Notes: generated by a model not told the origin, from the sequence alone. A stretch of DNA of 64,000 bases from Parachlamydiales bacterium (GCA_963765145.1 CAVXVG010000029.1:1-64000), one strand, 5' to 3'. Positions 21,732 through 31,795 are shown, counted from the stretch's first letter. Numbers and translations: made by a program.

Positions 21732-22278
21732 ATGCTAGACGGGATTCAAATGCGCCTCTATCTGTTGTCGGTAAGGATCGCCGACACGCAGAGTGCAAAG
21801 GATAGGAAGGTCGTGGACAGGTGAGCACAAAGCCCGAATTTAATAAATCAGAAGAATTAACGATCGGCAACCAAACCAACTCGACCAACTGTGTTGTCTC
21901 CAACCTTTTTGGGATGTTTGAAACCTTAGACACTCTGCAAGGCAATACAGACGCCACCTCTAAACGCTACGAAGTCGTCCGGAAAGCCCTCACTGACACA
22001 TACAGTTTTTACCAAAGCGATTTTTTCCCCTTTGACAAAGTTTCTAATATGTTCACACTATCTGACACATGGGAAGCGCTCAAATCCCACCCCAACGCCC
22101 ACATTTAGAAATAAGCTGTTTACGCGTCGAACTCGCGTTATTAGTAAAAATTTGCTCTGGCATTAGGCTGAAGGCCTTTAGCTGCAGTTCTCCAGACCTT
22201 CGGTCTTTTGTTCTTCTCAAGCGGGACATTTCATCGTGAGGATTTTCTTGAGACCTCATTTCCTTATATTAATAAAGA

Positions 22279-22620
22279 ATGAAACTTGCAAAAAAGTATT
22301 CGAAGATGCTTAATTTGCACACGAAAAAGGCGGTGGCAATGTTTGAGTTTAATCCTATAAAGCATTCTTGCGTTTCTATAGGCTACCTTAACGGAAACGT
22401 TGAGGATAAAAGATTAGTAAAAAAAGTAACTATTGTCCCTAATAAAGGAAGAGATACATGCTCTATTGCTACTTGGGAGGGATTTAGCAACATCTATATG
22501 AGAATGAAAAATGGGGCAATCGGAGAAATTTTCGCCACTTTGACAGATTGTGAGACAATAAAAGAAAGCGAAGATAGAAGATGGGGGGAAATTAGGAGAA
22601 AAATTCATGCGCTCTCTTAA
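22279..22620 (+). CDS. Hypothetical protein
   Basis: AT-rich 113-aa ORF overlapping the next ORF. Confidence 0.45.
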   Translation: MKLAKKYSKMLNLHTKKAVAMFEFNPIKHSCVSIGYLNGNVEDKRLVKKVTIVPNKGRDTCSIATWEGFSNIYMRMKNGAIGEIFATLTDCETIKESEDRRWGEIRRKIHALS

Positions 22621-23170
22621 GGAAAAAGTTGTTTTATTAGAGAATTATGAAGTTGTCTCTTATGTGACGTATTTTTTCAAAATAAAGCAGCTTAATTTAG
22701 ATTTCAAATTCATCGACAAAAATAATGCTAATAAGAGCACAGATCGAGAAGGAAGCCCATATCAAGCAATAGTATTAAACATCCATTTTTCTCATGACCG
22801 AGAAAAAAGAAAACTTGACACAACGGATAATATTTTTTTTAGGAGTATAGCAGAACTGAAAAAACACGTTCGATCAATTGAAAGTGGAGCGCTAAAAAGT
22901 GAACTCGACAAAATTAAAAAAACTGCTTATGTGGAATTTGAGTTTGACTTAAAAGAAAAAACAAATCTTGGAGTCTTTATCTCCGCTAACGAAAGTGAAA
23001 TTAATTTTACAAGGATTGAAAACGATGCTTCGGATGAAGACCCTGAACTTATTATCCCGCAATTTAAAAAACAGAAACTTATAAAAGAAACCGAAGATCC
23101 TGAGGATATCACTGCAAAACGGACTCAAGAGGTTAGCGCTGATATTGAAACTTCCAATCCCGATCTATAG
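22607..23170 (+). CDS. Hypothetical protein
   Basis: AT-rich 187-aa ORF preceded by aggag. Confidence 0.55.
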   Translation: MRSLKEKVVLLENYEVVSYVTYFFKIKQLNLDFKFIDKNNANKSTDREGSPYQAIVLNIHFSHDREKRKLDTTDNIFFRSIAELKKHVRSIESGALKSELDKIKKTAYVEFEFDLKEKTNLGVFISANESEINFTRIENDASDEDPELIIPQFKKQKLIKETEDPEDITAKRTQEVSADIETSNPDL

Positions 23171-23281
23171 CGTTTTTTGATCTCTTCAACTATACCTATA
23201 CAGGTAGGCGAAAAGGCTTTTCTTCTGAATGAAAAAGGCCCATTTCTTTGCCCATTTCATAGAATCTTTGAGGGTCTTTTT

Positions 23282-25111
23282 TCATGAAGCGGGAAGGTTA
23301 AGCCTTTCTAAAATAGCGTGATTATTATGGAGGGGGGAATCTTCATGGCGCAAGGTGTCTGCAAAGGATTTCCGTTCCTCTTGAGTTTCTAATGAGTCAG
23401 CATAGGTGTTAAGCCAAGTAACTGCCCTATCAAAGACTGAAGGCACTTGGAACATGTCGGCAATGGCTAGCATTTCAGCAGCTGCGTCGACATCTTCAAA
23501 TGTCAAGGAGGAATCGGCAATGTATTTGACAAGGTCTTCAATGGCGCCAGGAGCGATATTTTGCATCGGAGACTGCCCAGCTTGCCATCTGTTTGCCAAA
23601 TAACGAGAGAAATACTCTGAGTGATCCTTAAGCAGTTTTTGATCAAAGGCAGAGAGTGTAGCACTTCCCCTTTTGCCATCTAATTCGCATTCAATGGTTC
23701 GAATCGGTGCTTTCAGCTCTTCCCATGTAATATCGCCTGTTCTATTGAGCCATCCCAACGCTAGCATGGGAGGTAACGTTACCTCTTTCTCCTCATGCGA
23801 GATTGTGAGCATCTCGTCAACCCCTCCCCTTCTTTCTGCCCATTGGTAAAATGCAATAGCCATCAAAAACCTTGGATCTTTGGCTTGAGCTTCAGTTAGC
23901 ACGTTGGCAGCAACTGCAGAGAACTCTATTGAAGCCCGTGTGGAGAACTCAAATCCACTCAGTACCGCACTCTTTTCAAGTTCATTCAACGTAAATATTG
24001 GGCCATTAGGGAAAACCTTAAGGTAAAGTGCTTCTAATTTTTCCCACTCTTGATCCGAAAAGAAAGGGCGTAAAGGCACACGTAGAGAAAATAAAGCTTC
24101 AGAAAGAGATTTACTGACTCCTGGACGGTCAGAATCGAAAAGGTCAGCATTGGCAGGGCAGGACGCGAGATAAAAGGCTAAAATTTTAACAATAAAATCT
24201 GCATGCTGGGAATTTTGATGTACAAATTCTTCTAACCCTTCAAGCGCCATGGCGTTACACCTTTTAAGTGGGTTTGTCAATGACTTAAGACGCAGTAATA
24301 TATAAGCCTTGTCATACAATCCCGACATTGGCACGTCTCTCTCAAGATCACAGTAAATTTTAAGCGCTTCCGGATCAGGAAAACTATCTGCCACTCCTAA
24401 ACAATCGAGCAAGCCATCGCACACCTCTCTTCTCATCCAAATATTATTTCCAATAACACTCGAATAAGCTTTTAAAAAGACTTTAAGTAGAGGGGGGTAA
24501 TTATTTAAATAGGCGATAGCGTTCTGTGGAAAAGTTCTAAAGCCATTTTCGTCAATAAATTCATGCTTAAATTGCGCGCAGAAAGCCTCCATCAATGATA
24601 AAGAAACATAATTATCACACGGTTCTCGGAAAAACCCTTGCATTATAGCATGAATAGAGTCCCGCGACCATCTAGGGGCGACCCTTCCAATAGAATCTAA
24701 GTCTGTTACTGTCAACGATTTGCCTTCAAATAGTTGGTACAAAACATAAGTGCTCCTCTGATTGTTTAGGGTGGAGAAACAATATCGCAATAACTCTAGA
24801 TCTTGCGGATTTGCGTGTAGGACTGTCTCAAGCCTTGTAAAGGCTCTATTGCCACTTTCGATATCGCTATAGGCTTCGGCGTATTTTGGATCAAAATAAG
24901 TATGATAGAGGGTTTTTACATTCGATGCGGCATAGGAGGCTACATTAGTCATCCATTTTGGGAGATAGCCAGAGCTTGTAGGCTCTGCTGACAACGCCTC
25001 CCTAGCAATGTTCTGCACCTCTTGCTGCGAGGCTGGTGGTGTGGGTGTAGTTTCCCCTTCATTGGAAGGTTGGGGAGGCCCAGGTCCTTGAGTAGGTGGT
25101 GTTATGCTCAT
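23282..25111 (-). CDS. C-terminal BTB/POZ-domain effector-like protein (paralog 2)
   Basis: Pro/Ser/Thr-rich N-terminus; LLKDHSEYFSRYLANRW...IEDLVKYI...MLAIADMFQVPSVFDRAVTWL. Confidence 0.75.
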   Translation of the reverse strand: MSITPPTQGPGPPQPSNEGETTPTPPASQQEVQNIAREALSAEPTSSGYLPKWMTNVASYAASNVKTLYHTYFDPKYAEAYSDIESGNRAFTRLETVLHANPQDLELLRYCFSTLNNQRSTYVLYQLFEGKSLTVTDLDSIGRVAPRWSRDSIHAIMQGFFREPCDNYVSLSLMEAFCAQFKHEFIDENGFRTFPQNAIAYLNNYPPLLKVFLKAYSSVIGNNIWMRREVCDGLLDCLGVADSFPDPEALKIYCDLERDVPMSGLYDKAYILLRLKSLTNPLKRCNAMALEGLEEFVHQNSQHADFIVKILAFYLASCPANADLFDSDRPGVSKSLSEALFSLRVPLRPFFSDQEWEKLEALYLKVFPNGPIFTLNELEKSAVLSGFEFSTRASIEFSAVAANVLTEAQAKDPRFLMAIAFYQWAERRGGVDEMLTISHEEKEVTLPPMLALGWLNRTGDITWEELKAPIRTIECELDGKRGSATLSAFDQKLLKDHSEYFSRYLANRWQAGQSPMQNIAPGAIEDLVKYIADSSLTFEDVDAAAEMLAIADMFQVPSVFDRAVTWLNTYADSLETQEERKSFADTLRHEDSPLHNNHAILERLNLPAS

Positions 25112-25186
25112 AAGTCTATCCCACTTTTAATAAATTATAACAAAACAACCATCTTTTAATATTAAGATTCCATTAAAATTAATGAA

Positions 25187-25284
25187 CTCGCGAAGCGTTT
25201 GGAGTGCTAAACTCCTGTTTAGCTTTGACTTATCAATGAAAGTGAAAGCTAAACAGGAGTTTAGCACTCCAAACGCTTCGCGAG
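25187..25284. repeat. Intact (empty) REPIN A
   Basis: Perfect 40-bp arms (ctcgcgaagcgtttggagtgctaaactcctgtttagcttt) around an 18-nt spacer; each arm contains hairpin gctaaac-tcct-gtttagc. Confidence 0.95.
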
Positions 25285-25408
25285 ATGAAAATTGTTATAA
25301 TTGGATTTTTTTAGATACGGGAGACTCTGGGGGGGGAAAGGGGCTTTCTTCTGAATGAAAAAGGCCCATTTCTTTGCCCCTTTCATAGAATCTTTGAAGG
25401 GTCTTTCT

Positions 25409-27586
25409 TCATGAACCGGGAAGGTTAAGCCTTTCTAAAATAGCGTGATTATTATAGAGGGGGGAATCTTCATGGCGCAAGGAGTCTGCAAAGGATTTCC
25501 GTTCCTCTTGAGTTTCTAATGAGTCAGCATAGGTGTTAAGCCAAGTAACTGCCCTATCAACGACTGAAGGCACTTGGAACATGTCGGCAATGGCTAGCAT
25601 TTCAGCAGCCGCGTCGACATCTTCAAATGTCATGAAGGGATAGGCAAGGTATTTGATAAGGTCTTCGATAGCTCCAGGAGCAATGTTCTGTATCGGAGAC
25701 TGCCCAGCTTGCCATCTGTTTGCCAAATAACGAGAGAAATACTCTGAGTGATCCTTAAGCAGTTTTTGATCAAAGACAGAGAGCGCAGCACTTTCCATTT
25801 TGCCATCCAATTCGCATTCAATGGTTCGAAGCGGCGCTTTCAACTCAGCCCAAGTAATAACGTCAGCTTTATTAAGCCATCCCAAAGCTAGCATGGGGGG
25901 TAATTTCACCTCTGCCCCCTCATACGAGATTGTTAGCATCTCGTCAACCTTTCCCTTTCTTTCAGCCCATTGGTAAAATGCAATAGCCATCAAAAACCTT
26001 GGATCTTTGGCTTGAGCTTCAGTTAGCACGTTGGCAGCAACTGCAGAGAACTCTATTGAAGTCCGTGTGGACAACTCAAATCCAATCAGTACTGCACTCT
26101 TTTCAAGTTCATTCAACTCAAATTCATTCAACGTAAATATTGGACCATTAGGGAAAACCTTAGGATAAAGTGCTTCTAATTTTTCCCACTCTTGATCTGA
26201 AAAGAAAGGACGTAAAGGCACACCCAAAGAAAGCATCTGTTTTAAAAGTGGACCGCACGTATTTAAACGAAGCGTATCGAGAAAGCCAGCAAGAATAGGA
26301 TCGGGCTCAATACGATTAGAGCCCAACTCGATAAGAAAGGCTAAAATTTTAACGACAGAACCTATATGTTGAGGATTCTGATCAGCAAATTTCATCAATC
26401 TTTGCTGTGGCTTTGGCAACCAAAGCATGGGATTTAAATCATTTGGGCTAAACGACGAAATTGGCACTTCTTCTTTAAAGTGATCACAATAAATTTTAAG
26501 GACTTGCAGACCAATTTCTTCCTCATGAGGATTTGAATATATAGCTGTTAAGTTCTCTAATAGGCCATTTAATATTTTATGCGACTGCCATGAATCTTTT
26601 CCTACTTCACTAGAATTGACATCTAAAAAAGCTTTAAGTAGGGAGGGGTTTTTATTTAAATTGATCGCAGCATTTTGCCTAATAAGTTCATATCGATACA
26701 GCCTACAGAAAGTCTCCATCAAGGACGTAGAAGAACTACTCCTACTAAAAAATCCATGTATTGCAGTATCTTTTAAAATGCCCCTATAATCCCAACTTGC
26801 TTTCATTACATCTATGTCTTTTGCTGTTAATGATTTGCTTGCAAACAGACGTTCCCATACTCTGCTGACGCTTGCCTTATCACGATCAAGATTTAGTTTA
26901 AAAATAGCTGCGCTATAGTTCCATAGATCCAGATTAAATGGATTTTCGTGGAGTACTCTTTCAAGCCTGGCAAACATTCTATTTTCATCGCCACTTTTCA
27001 TTTCTTTATGCGCTGAAATGTATTCCAGAAATCGTGCTCTAAAAGCCTCTCTTAGCCCTGGTTGGATCTCTCGTCTTGCGTAAAACGATTCAAATACAGA
27101 TAGAGGGAGAAGTTTCTGAAGTTGAGGATCAGCCTTTATAATTGCATCGAAATCTGCAACAGTCAACTGTGCCTTTCCAAAAAGTATCACAAATGGAGGT
27201 GCAGTTTCTTCATTCATGATGCGGCCTGCAGGAAATAGATTCTCGAAGCAATAACTTAATAGCATTGGATCATATGGGTTTGCATGGAGTACTAACTCTA
27301 GCCTTCTCGCAATAGTTTCTGCATTGCCACTTTCGATATCGCTATAGGCTTCGGCGTATTTTGGATCAAAATAAGTATGATAGAGGGTTTTTACATTCGA
27401 TGCGGCATAGGAGGCTACATTAGTCATCCATTTTGGGAGATAGCCAGAGCTTGTAGGCTCTGCTGACAACGCCTCCCTAGCAATGTTCTGCACCTCTTGC
27501 TGCGAGGCTGGTGGTGTGGCTGTAGTTTCCCCTTCATTGGAAGGTTGGGGAGGCCCAGGTCCTTGAGTAGGTGGTGTTATGCTCAT
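25409..27586 (-). CDS. C-terminal BTB/POZ-domain effector-like protein (paralog 1)
   Basis: First ~88 aa and the BTB region near-identical to paralog 2; carries an extra internal repeat unit. Confidence 0.75.
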   Translation of the reverse strand: MSITPPTQGPGPPQPSNEGETTATPPASQQEVQNIAREALSAEPTSSGYLPKWMTNVASYAASNVKTLYHTYFDPKYAEAYSDIESGNAETIARRLELVLHANPYDPMLLSYCFENLFPAGRIMNEETAPPFVILFGKAQLTVADFDAIIKADPQLQKLLPLSVFESFYARREIQPGLREAFRARFLEYISAHKEMKSGDENRMFARLERVLHENPFNLDLWNYSAAIFKLNLDRDKASVSRVWERLFASKSLTAKDIDVMKASWDYRGILKDTAIHGFFSRSSSSTSLMETFCRLYRYELIRQNAAINLNKNPSLLKAFLDVNSSEVGKDSWQSHKILNGLLENLTAIYSNPHEEEIGLQVLKIYCDHFKEEVPISSFSPNDLNPMLWLPKPQQRLMKFADQNPQHIGSVVKILAFLIELGSNRIEPDPILAGFLDTLRLNTCGPLLKQMLSLGVPLRPFFSDQEWEKLEALYPKVFPNGPIFTLNEFELNELEKSAVLIGFELSTRTSIEFSAVAANVLTEAQAKDPRFLMAIAFYQWAERKGKVDEMLTISYEGAEVKLPPMLALGWLNKADVITWAELKAPLRTIECELDGKMESAALSVFDQKLLKDHSEYFSRYLANRWQAGQSPIQNIAPGAIEDLIKYLAYPFMTFEDVDAAAEMLAIADMFQVPSVVDRAVTWLNTYADSLETQEERKSFADSLRHEDSPLYNNHAILERLNLPGS

Positions 27587-27817
27587 AAGTCTATCCCACT
27601 TTTAATAAATTATAACAAAACAACCATCTTTTAATATTAAGATTCCATTAAAATTAATGAACTCGCGAAGCGTTTGGAGTTCTCTAATTGCGTTTCTAGG
27701 CAAGCATGATTTTTTCTCTTTCCCCTTCCTAAGCCGAGGGGGTTTGGGGGATACTTCCCCCAAGATAATTGACAACTTCCTCTATGGGCTTCCAAAGCTT
27801 GATCGTAAAAAATAAAA

Positions 27818-27978
27818 TTCTAACTCGGTCATAGTTCTCTCCGGGGTCCTTTTTATTGAAGATTTCGGCCTTATTAGCTGATCTTCAGCCCCAACATACT
27901 TTCCAAAAGAAACAAGGTAAGACAATGTGCTACACGACGTCTTATTAGCGTCAACTCCAAAGCGTCTTAACCTTATTT
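27818..27978 (-). ncRNA. Predicted bridge RNA/seekRNA of IS copy 1
   Basis: Reverse complement of 50194-50354, with the same four guide segments. Confidence 0.75.
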
Positions 27979-28049
27979 CGAACTCGTATTTGAATCTTTT
28001 TTCTTACTCTCTCTGCTCTTTCGCTCTTTGAGAACTTTTTTAACTTTTC

Positions 28050-29150
28050 TTAAGCAGCCATCTGCTTTGATTTTTTCTTCTCTTTCCGACTTGGCTTGGT
28101 TACTTTATCAATTTCTTTTTTCTCGACTTCACCAGCTTCAAATGGTTTACCTTCTGTCCACATTCGATGCATTATCACACCAAGCTTCCGACCAAGGGCA
28201 ACTATAGCTTTTTTATGCCCATGCTTCTTATTGATCTTTAGCCCAAAAACTTTGGCTCTACTCCATGTTTTGCATCGATACATCATGCTCATGGCGGCAT
28301 CAGATAGCAGCGCTCTGAGTTCATTTGATCCAATCTTTGTTATTTTCCCCTGATGCTCGGTTTCACCTGAACTATACTGCCTTGGAGTCATCCCAACATA
28401 TGCTCCAACTGACCTCGATCGTGTGAATCTTTTTGGGTCTCCAATTTCAACCTTATAGCTCACTGCAGTTACGATCCCTACACCAGGAACTGTCATTAGC
28501 AGCTGAACGACTTCGTCATTCTTTCCTATGTCTTCGATCTTCTTGTCTATTTCATCTACTAGTTTGTGAAGTTGAGAAAAGGTTACTAAAAGTGCACGAA
28601 TGCCCATTGCGACCTCTTCAGGTTGATCTTGTATCGACTCTGTTACCTTCTCTATGAAGTTCTTTTGACTACTACTAGACCCTAAAAAAAGCTTTCCACA
28701 ACATCTCAAAGTACCGCGGATACAGTTACTCGTCATGGTTCTTTGTATCACCAGATTGCGTCGGATGTTTAAGAGACTTTTGATGCTCATATTTGTATCG
28801 TTTTTTTGATAGACCTCTTGAAAGTAGCCAGTCCGAAGGGCGTTTGCGATTTCCCTCGCATCGTTTTTGTCTGTTTTATTGGCTTTGATTGCGATGGCGG
28901 CAGCCATTTTGCGAGAGTCGATACATATCGCTGGAAGGTCAAGCTCTTGAAGTTCTTGAACAAGCCATCGGCTTGTTCCACCAGCTTCAATTGCTATAGC
29001 TTCAATAGTGAGCTTGGTCGTCTTGATCGCAGTTGCGATAGCTAAAGGGTCAGTAGCGGCTGTCATCTCTCGGATGATCTTACCATCTTGAGCCATGATG
29101 CAGATGGCAGTAGTTTTCAAAGATACGTCTAAACCGATATAATGTTTCAT
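28050..29150 (-). CDS. IS110-family recombinase/transposase (intact)
   Basis: RuvC-like DEDD motifs IGLDVS, IEAG and KTDKNDA; C-terminal PGVG and YSSG (catalytic Ser). Confidence 0.95.
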   Translation of the reverse strand: MKHYIGLDVSLKTTAICIMAQDGKIIREMTAATDPLAIATAIKTTKLTIEAIAIEAGGTSRWLVQELQELDLPAICIDSRKMAAAIAIKANKTDKNDAREIANALRTGYFQEVYQKNDTNMSIKSLLNIRRNLVIQRTMTSNCIRGTLRCCGKLFLGSSSSQKNFIEKVTESIQDQPEEVAMGIRALLVTFSQLHKLVDEIDKKIEDIGKNDEVVQLLMTVPGVGIVTAVSYKVEIGDPKRFTRSRSVGAYVGMTPRQYSSGETEHQGKITKIGSNELRALLSDAAMSMMYRCKTWSRAKVFGLKINKKHGHKKAIVALGRKLGVIMHRMWTEGKPFEAGEVEKKEIDKVTKPSRKEKKKSKQMAA

Positions 29151-29353
29151 TGGGCTGTTCTCCTGTATTGCTTGCTTAGGCTACCAAGCCAAAGCCTGGA
29201 GAGTCTAGTACTACTCCGTGGGGTTTTTAAAACCCTCCTAGAACAGCCCATTTTCTTACCGGCTAAGCTCTGAAGCGCAATTACAGTATGTGCTAAACTC
29301 CTGTTTAGCTTTGACTTATCAATGAAAGTGAAAGCTAAACAGGAGTTTAGCAC

Positions 29354-29632
29354 GGCCTTGTTGCATAATTGCACGTGATTCCCCGTTTCTCCTGCAGCCC
29401 TTCAGGCTGCCATATAAAGTTTCATCCTAAACCCGGGGCGTTGCCCACGGGCTGTTGCAATTTTGGCCTTTCAGGCCAAGGGAAAAGCCTGTATTGCTAG
29501 GATTTTCCGGCTGAAAGCCGGATAGTTGCAACAGCCCGCGGGCAACGCCCCGGGTTAAGTTGGAGAATAAAATTGGCAGCCTGTAAGGCTGCAGGAGTAG
29601 AGAAACGTTGCGAACAATTATGCAACAACGCC
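29354..29632. mobile_element. MITE B (IS903-like ends) with hairpin cargo 29389-29597, in the other arm of the same REPIN A
   Basis: ggccttgttgcataatt...aattatgcaacaacgcc flanked by 9-bp direct repeat gtttagcac. Confidence 0.85.
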
Positions 29633-29669
29633 GTTTAGCACTCCAAACGCTTCGCGAAATAATAAGTTT

Positions 29670-30507
29670 TTAGATGCGAACGACTCTGGGGGGAAAGGGA
29701 TTTTCCTCGGAATGGAAGAGGCCCATTTCTTTGCCTCTTTCGTAGAATCTTTGAAGGGCTTTTTGACCAGATTCGGTCAAGCCCTGCACTTTCTTCATTG
29801 ACGAAGCTAGAAATATGTTTTCCGATCACATCGGGATCTTTATTTTGGGCATGCTCAAGGATGTAGGGATAGACCTGCTCTAAATGAGTGCTAGCAAATT
29901 GCAAAGAATGGTGTATAGCTTCTACCACAGCAGGTTTTTCAACCAAAGACCTCTTAGCCACAACAACTCCAAGGGGCAAGGGAAGCCCTTCCCGCTCCTC
30001 CCATAGGGCACCGAGGTCAGCTACTGTGCAGAGGTTTTCTTTTTCTACGATAAAGCGTCCTTCATGGATCAAAACCCCTGCATCGACCTCCCCTTTTTGC
30101 ACCATGGAGATGATCTTATCAAAGCGGGTGAACACCGGTTGTATGTCAACGGGGCCAAAGAGTTGGAACAGAAAATGGGCTGTGGTGCCTGCTCCCGGAA
30201 AGGCTACTTTTTTACCGGACAATTCATTTAAAGAGACATTCTTGCCTTTTTTGGTGACAACAACAGGGCCGACTCCATACGCAATAGCACCTCCCACAGG
30301 CAAAATTTCATACTCTTCTAAACATTGTAGAGCCGTGATAGCAGACACTTTTTGGACATCGAATTGTCCCCTTCTTAGGGCGATATTGAGCTCTTCAATG
30401 TCTAATAGCTCGACATTCATCTTTAGGTCTGGTGCTACCAAGTGGTTAGCCCAGGCACCAAAAATATAGGTGTCGTTCGGACAGGGGGAAAATGCGAGTG
30501 TTTTCAC
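29670..30507 (-). CDS. mqnD: 1,4-dihydroxy-6-naphthoate synthase (futalosine pathway); probable 1-nt frameshift near 29783
   Basis: FSPCPNDTY, LIHEGRF and LPLPLG. A family-like C-terminus (TESGQKALQRFYERGKEMGL...) lies in an adjacent frame ending at 29670. Confidence 0.85.
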
Positions 30508-31196
30508 TTTATGAGGCCTTTCTCTACAAAGGCAGCTTTTAACTCAACGTTCTCTTCTTTGTCGAGAGCTCCGCTTCCATGGAGCCATTTGAGATAATCT
30601 TTTGGCACAAGTTCAAGCGGTGTCCCTTTGAATTTTCCAAACGGCATCGATGAAAAATTCTTAGAACCATCCAGCAATTCCACTACATCTTGCAACGTCA
30701 AATCGTCAATTAAACACTCGAAAACCTTGTGCAGCACCATCACGTCATCTAAAGCTCGGTGGGCTTGATTTGAAGGGATTTCAAAATGTTCGCGCAAAAT
30801 TTGCAGACCATGTTTTGGCAGGTCTGGTCGGTATCTGCGGGCCCACACCAAAGTGTCTAAATGACGCCAAGTAGACGGGACGACAAGATTGTTTCTCTTA
30901 AATTCTGCGTTTAAGAATAACTTGTCGAAACGGTAATTGTTATGGGCAATTAAAAGAGCGTCGGGACCACAAAAATCGACAAACTGCTGCCCAACCACAC
31001 TGAAATCCGGGGCATTTTCTACCATTTCGTCAGTGATGTGGTGAATCGCTGAAGTTTCGGGAGGAATTGGCACGCCGGGATTGATAAAGGAAACAAAATG
31101 GTCATTTTTAACAGGATCAAAGGCTGCAATTTCAACGATGAAATCTTTCTCTGCCCTAAGACCTGTTGTCTCTGTGTCGTAAAAGATCGCTCTCAA
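30504..31196 (-). CDS. dnaQ: DEDDh exonuclease, DNA polymerase III epsilon-like
   Basis: DTETTG, AHNNYRFD, HRALDD and C-terminal MPFGKFKG. Confidence 0.85.
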   Translation of the reverse strand: MRAIFYDTETTGLRAEKDFIVEIAAFDPVKNDHFVSFINPGVPIPPETSAIHHITDEMVENAPDFSVVGQQFVDFCGPDALLIAHNNYRFDKLFLNAEFKRNNLVVPSTWRHLDTLVWARRYRPDLPKHGLQILREHFEIPSNQAHRALDDVMVLHKVFECLIDDLTLQDVVELLDGSKNFSSMPFGKFKGTPLELVPKDYLKWLHGSGALDKEENVELKAAFVEKGLIK

Positions 31197-31642
31197 CTGG
31201 TCTTATCCCTTACCTCTTCAAAAGAGGCTCCTTCATCGTTTACCTTTTTTATTGGTGGCCAAAAGGTTGTCGAGACCATCCGGACTGCGCCCAAAAAGGG
31301 TTCGAGTAGATTTTCATCAAACGACATCCCAAGCACCGGCAGCATCACCCGAAAGAAAACGCTCTTCGAGCTTTCTTCCATGCCAAATCCGGGTAGGTCG
31401 AGAGATTGGTTGATCCAGTGTAGCAATCTGCCCATGTCCCCTTCCCTACCCACTTTAAGTTTTGTAGGCAAAAAGACGAGGATTTGCAGAAGCTGGCTCT
31501 CTTCAAATAAGCGGATAAAAATAGGGAAAGCAGCCCCTTCTTCTTCAAATCCAAACAGAATTTGGCCTGTATCCTTTTGGATTTCGGCTTCGATGCCCCG
31601 TTTTTTGATGAGCTCTAAAAGGGTGTTTAGACTGATTTGCAT
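31193..31642 (-). CDS. Type III secretion chaperone-like protein (CT260/Mcsc-like)
   Basis: GRLLHWINQSLDLPGFGMEE motif, 149 aa, position upstream of dnaQ-mqnD as in Chlamydia. Confidence 0.7.
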   Translation of the reverse strand: MQISLNTLLELIKKRGIEAEIQKDTGQILFGFEEEGAAFPIFIRLFEESQLLQILVFLPTKLKVGREGDMGRLLHWINQSLDLPGFGMEESSKSVFFRVMLPVLGMSFDENLLEPFLGAVRMVSTTFWPPIKKVNDEGASFEEVRDKTS

Positions 31643-31795
31643 CTACATTTTCATCCCTGGAAGGGCTGACTGATGCCCCGCCTCACGCGTGATATTGGGG
31701 TTATTTGTATTGGGGATCACGCAAAAGTCATCGTCAGTTGGCATTCTGTAGCAACCAGCTACAACAACAAGGGATAAAAGGATCAAAATTTTCAT
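31643..31795 (-). CDS. Small lipoprotein
   Basis: MKILILLSLVVVAGC lipobox. Confidence 0.6.
   Translation of the reverse strand: MKILILLSLVVVAGCYRMPTDDDFCVIPNTNNPNITREAGHQSALPGMKM

Larger units (their letters stand above)
27679..29291 (-). mobile_element. IS110-family (IS1111-type) insertion sequence, copy 1, inserted in REPIN A (27662-29657)
   Basis: Splits tttgga-GT-gctaaac with GT present at both junctions; subterminal IRs taattgcg; near-identical inverted copy at 48880-50493. Confidence 0.95.

Noticed and set aside
21740..22260. ORF 21821-22108 and nearby small hairpins as a gene or structured RNA
   Set aside because: No recognisable family or second copy; evidence is insufficient
25187..25284. 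REPIN A contains perfect CIRCE half-sites GAGTGCTAA and TTAGCACTC
   Set aside because: They are in the reverse order and about 50 bp apart rather than separated by N9, so this is not an HrcA operator
23282..27586. Diversity-generating retroelement or shufflon behind the BTB paralog variation
   Set aside because: No reverse transcriptase or invertase, no adenine-specific template/variable pair, and the genes are direct tandem copies
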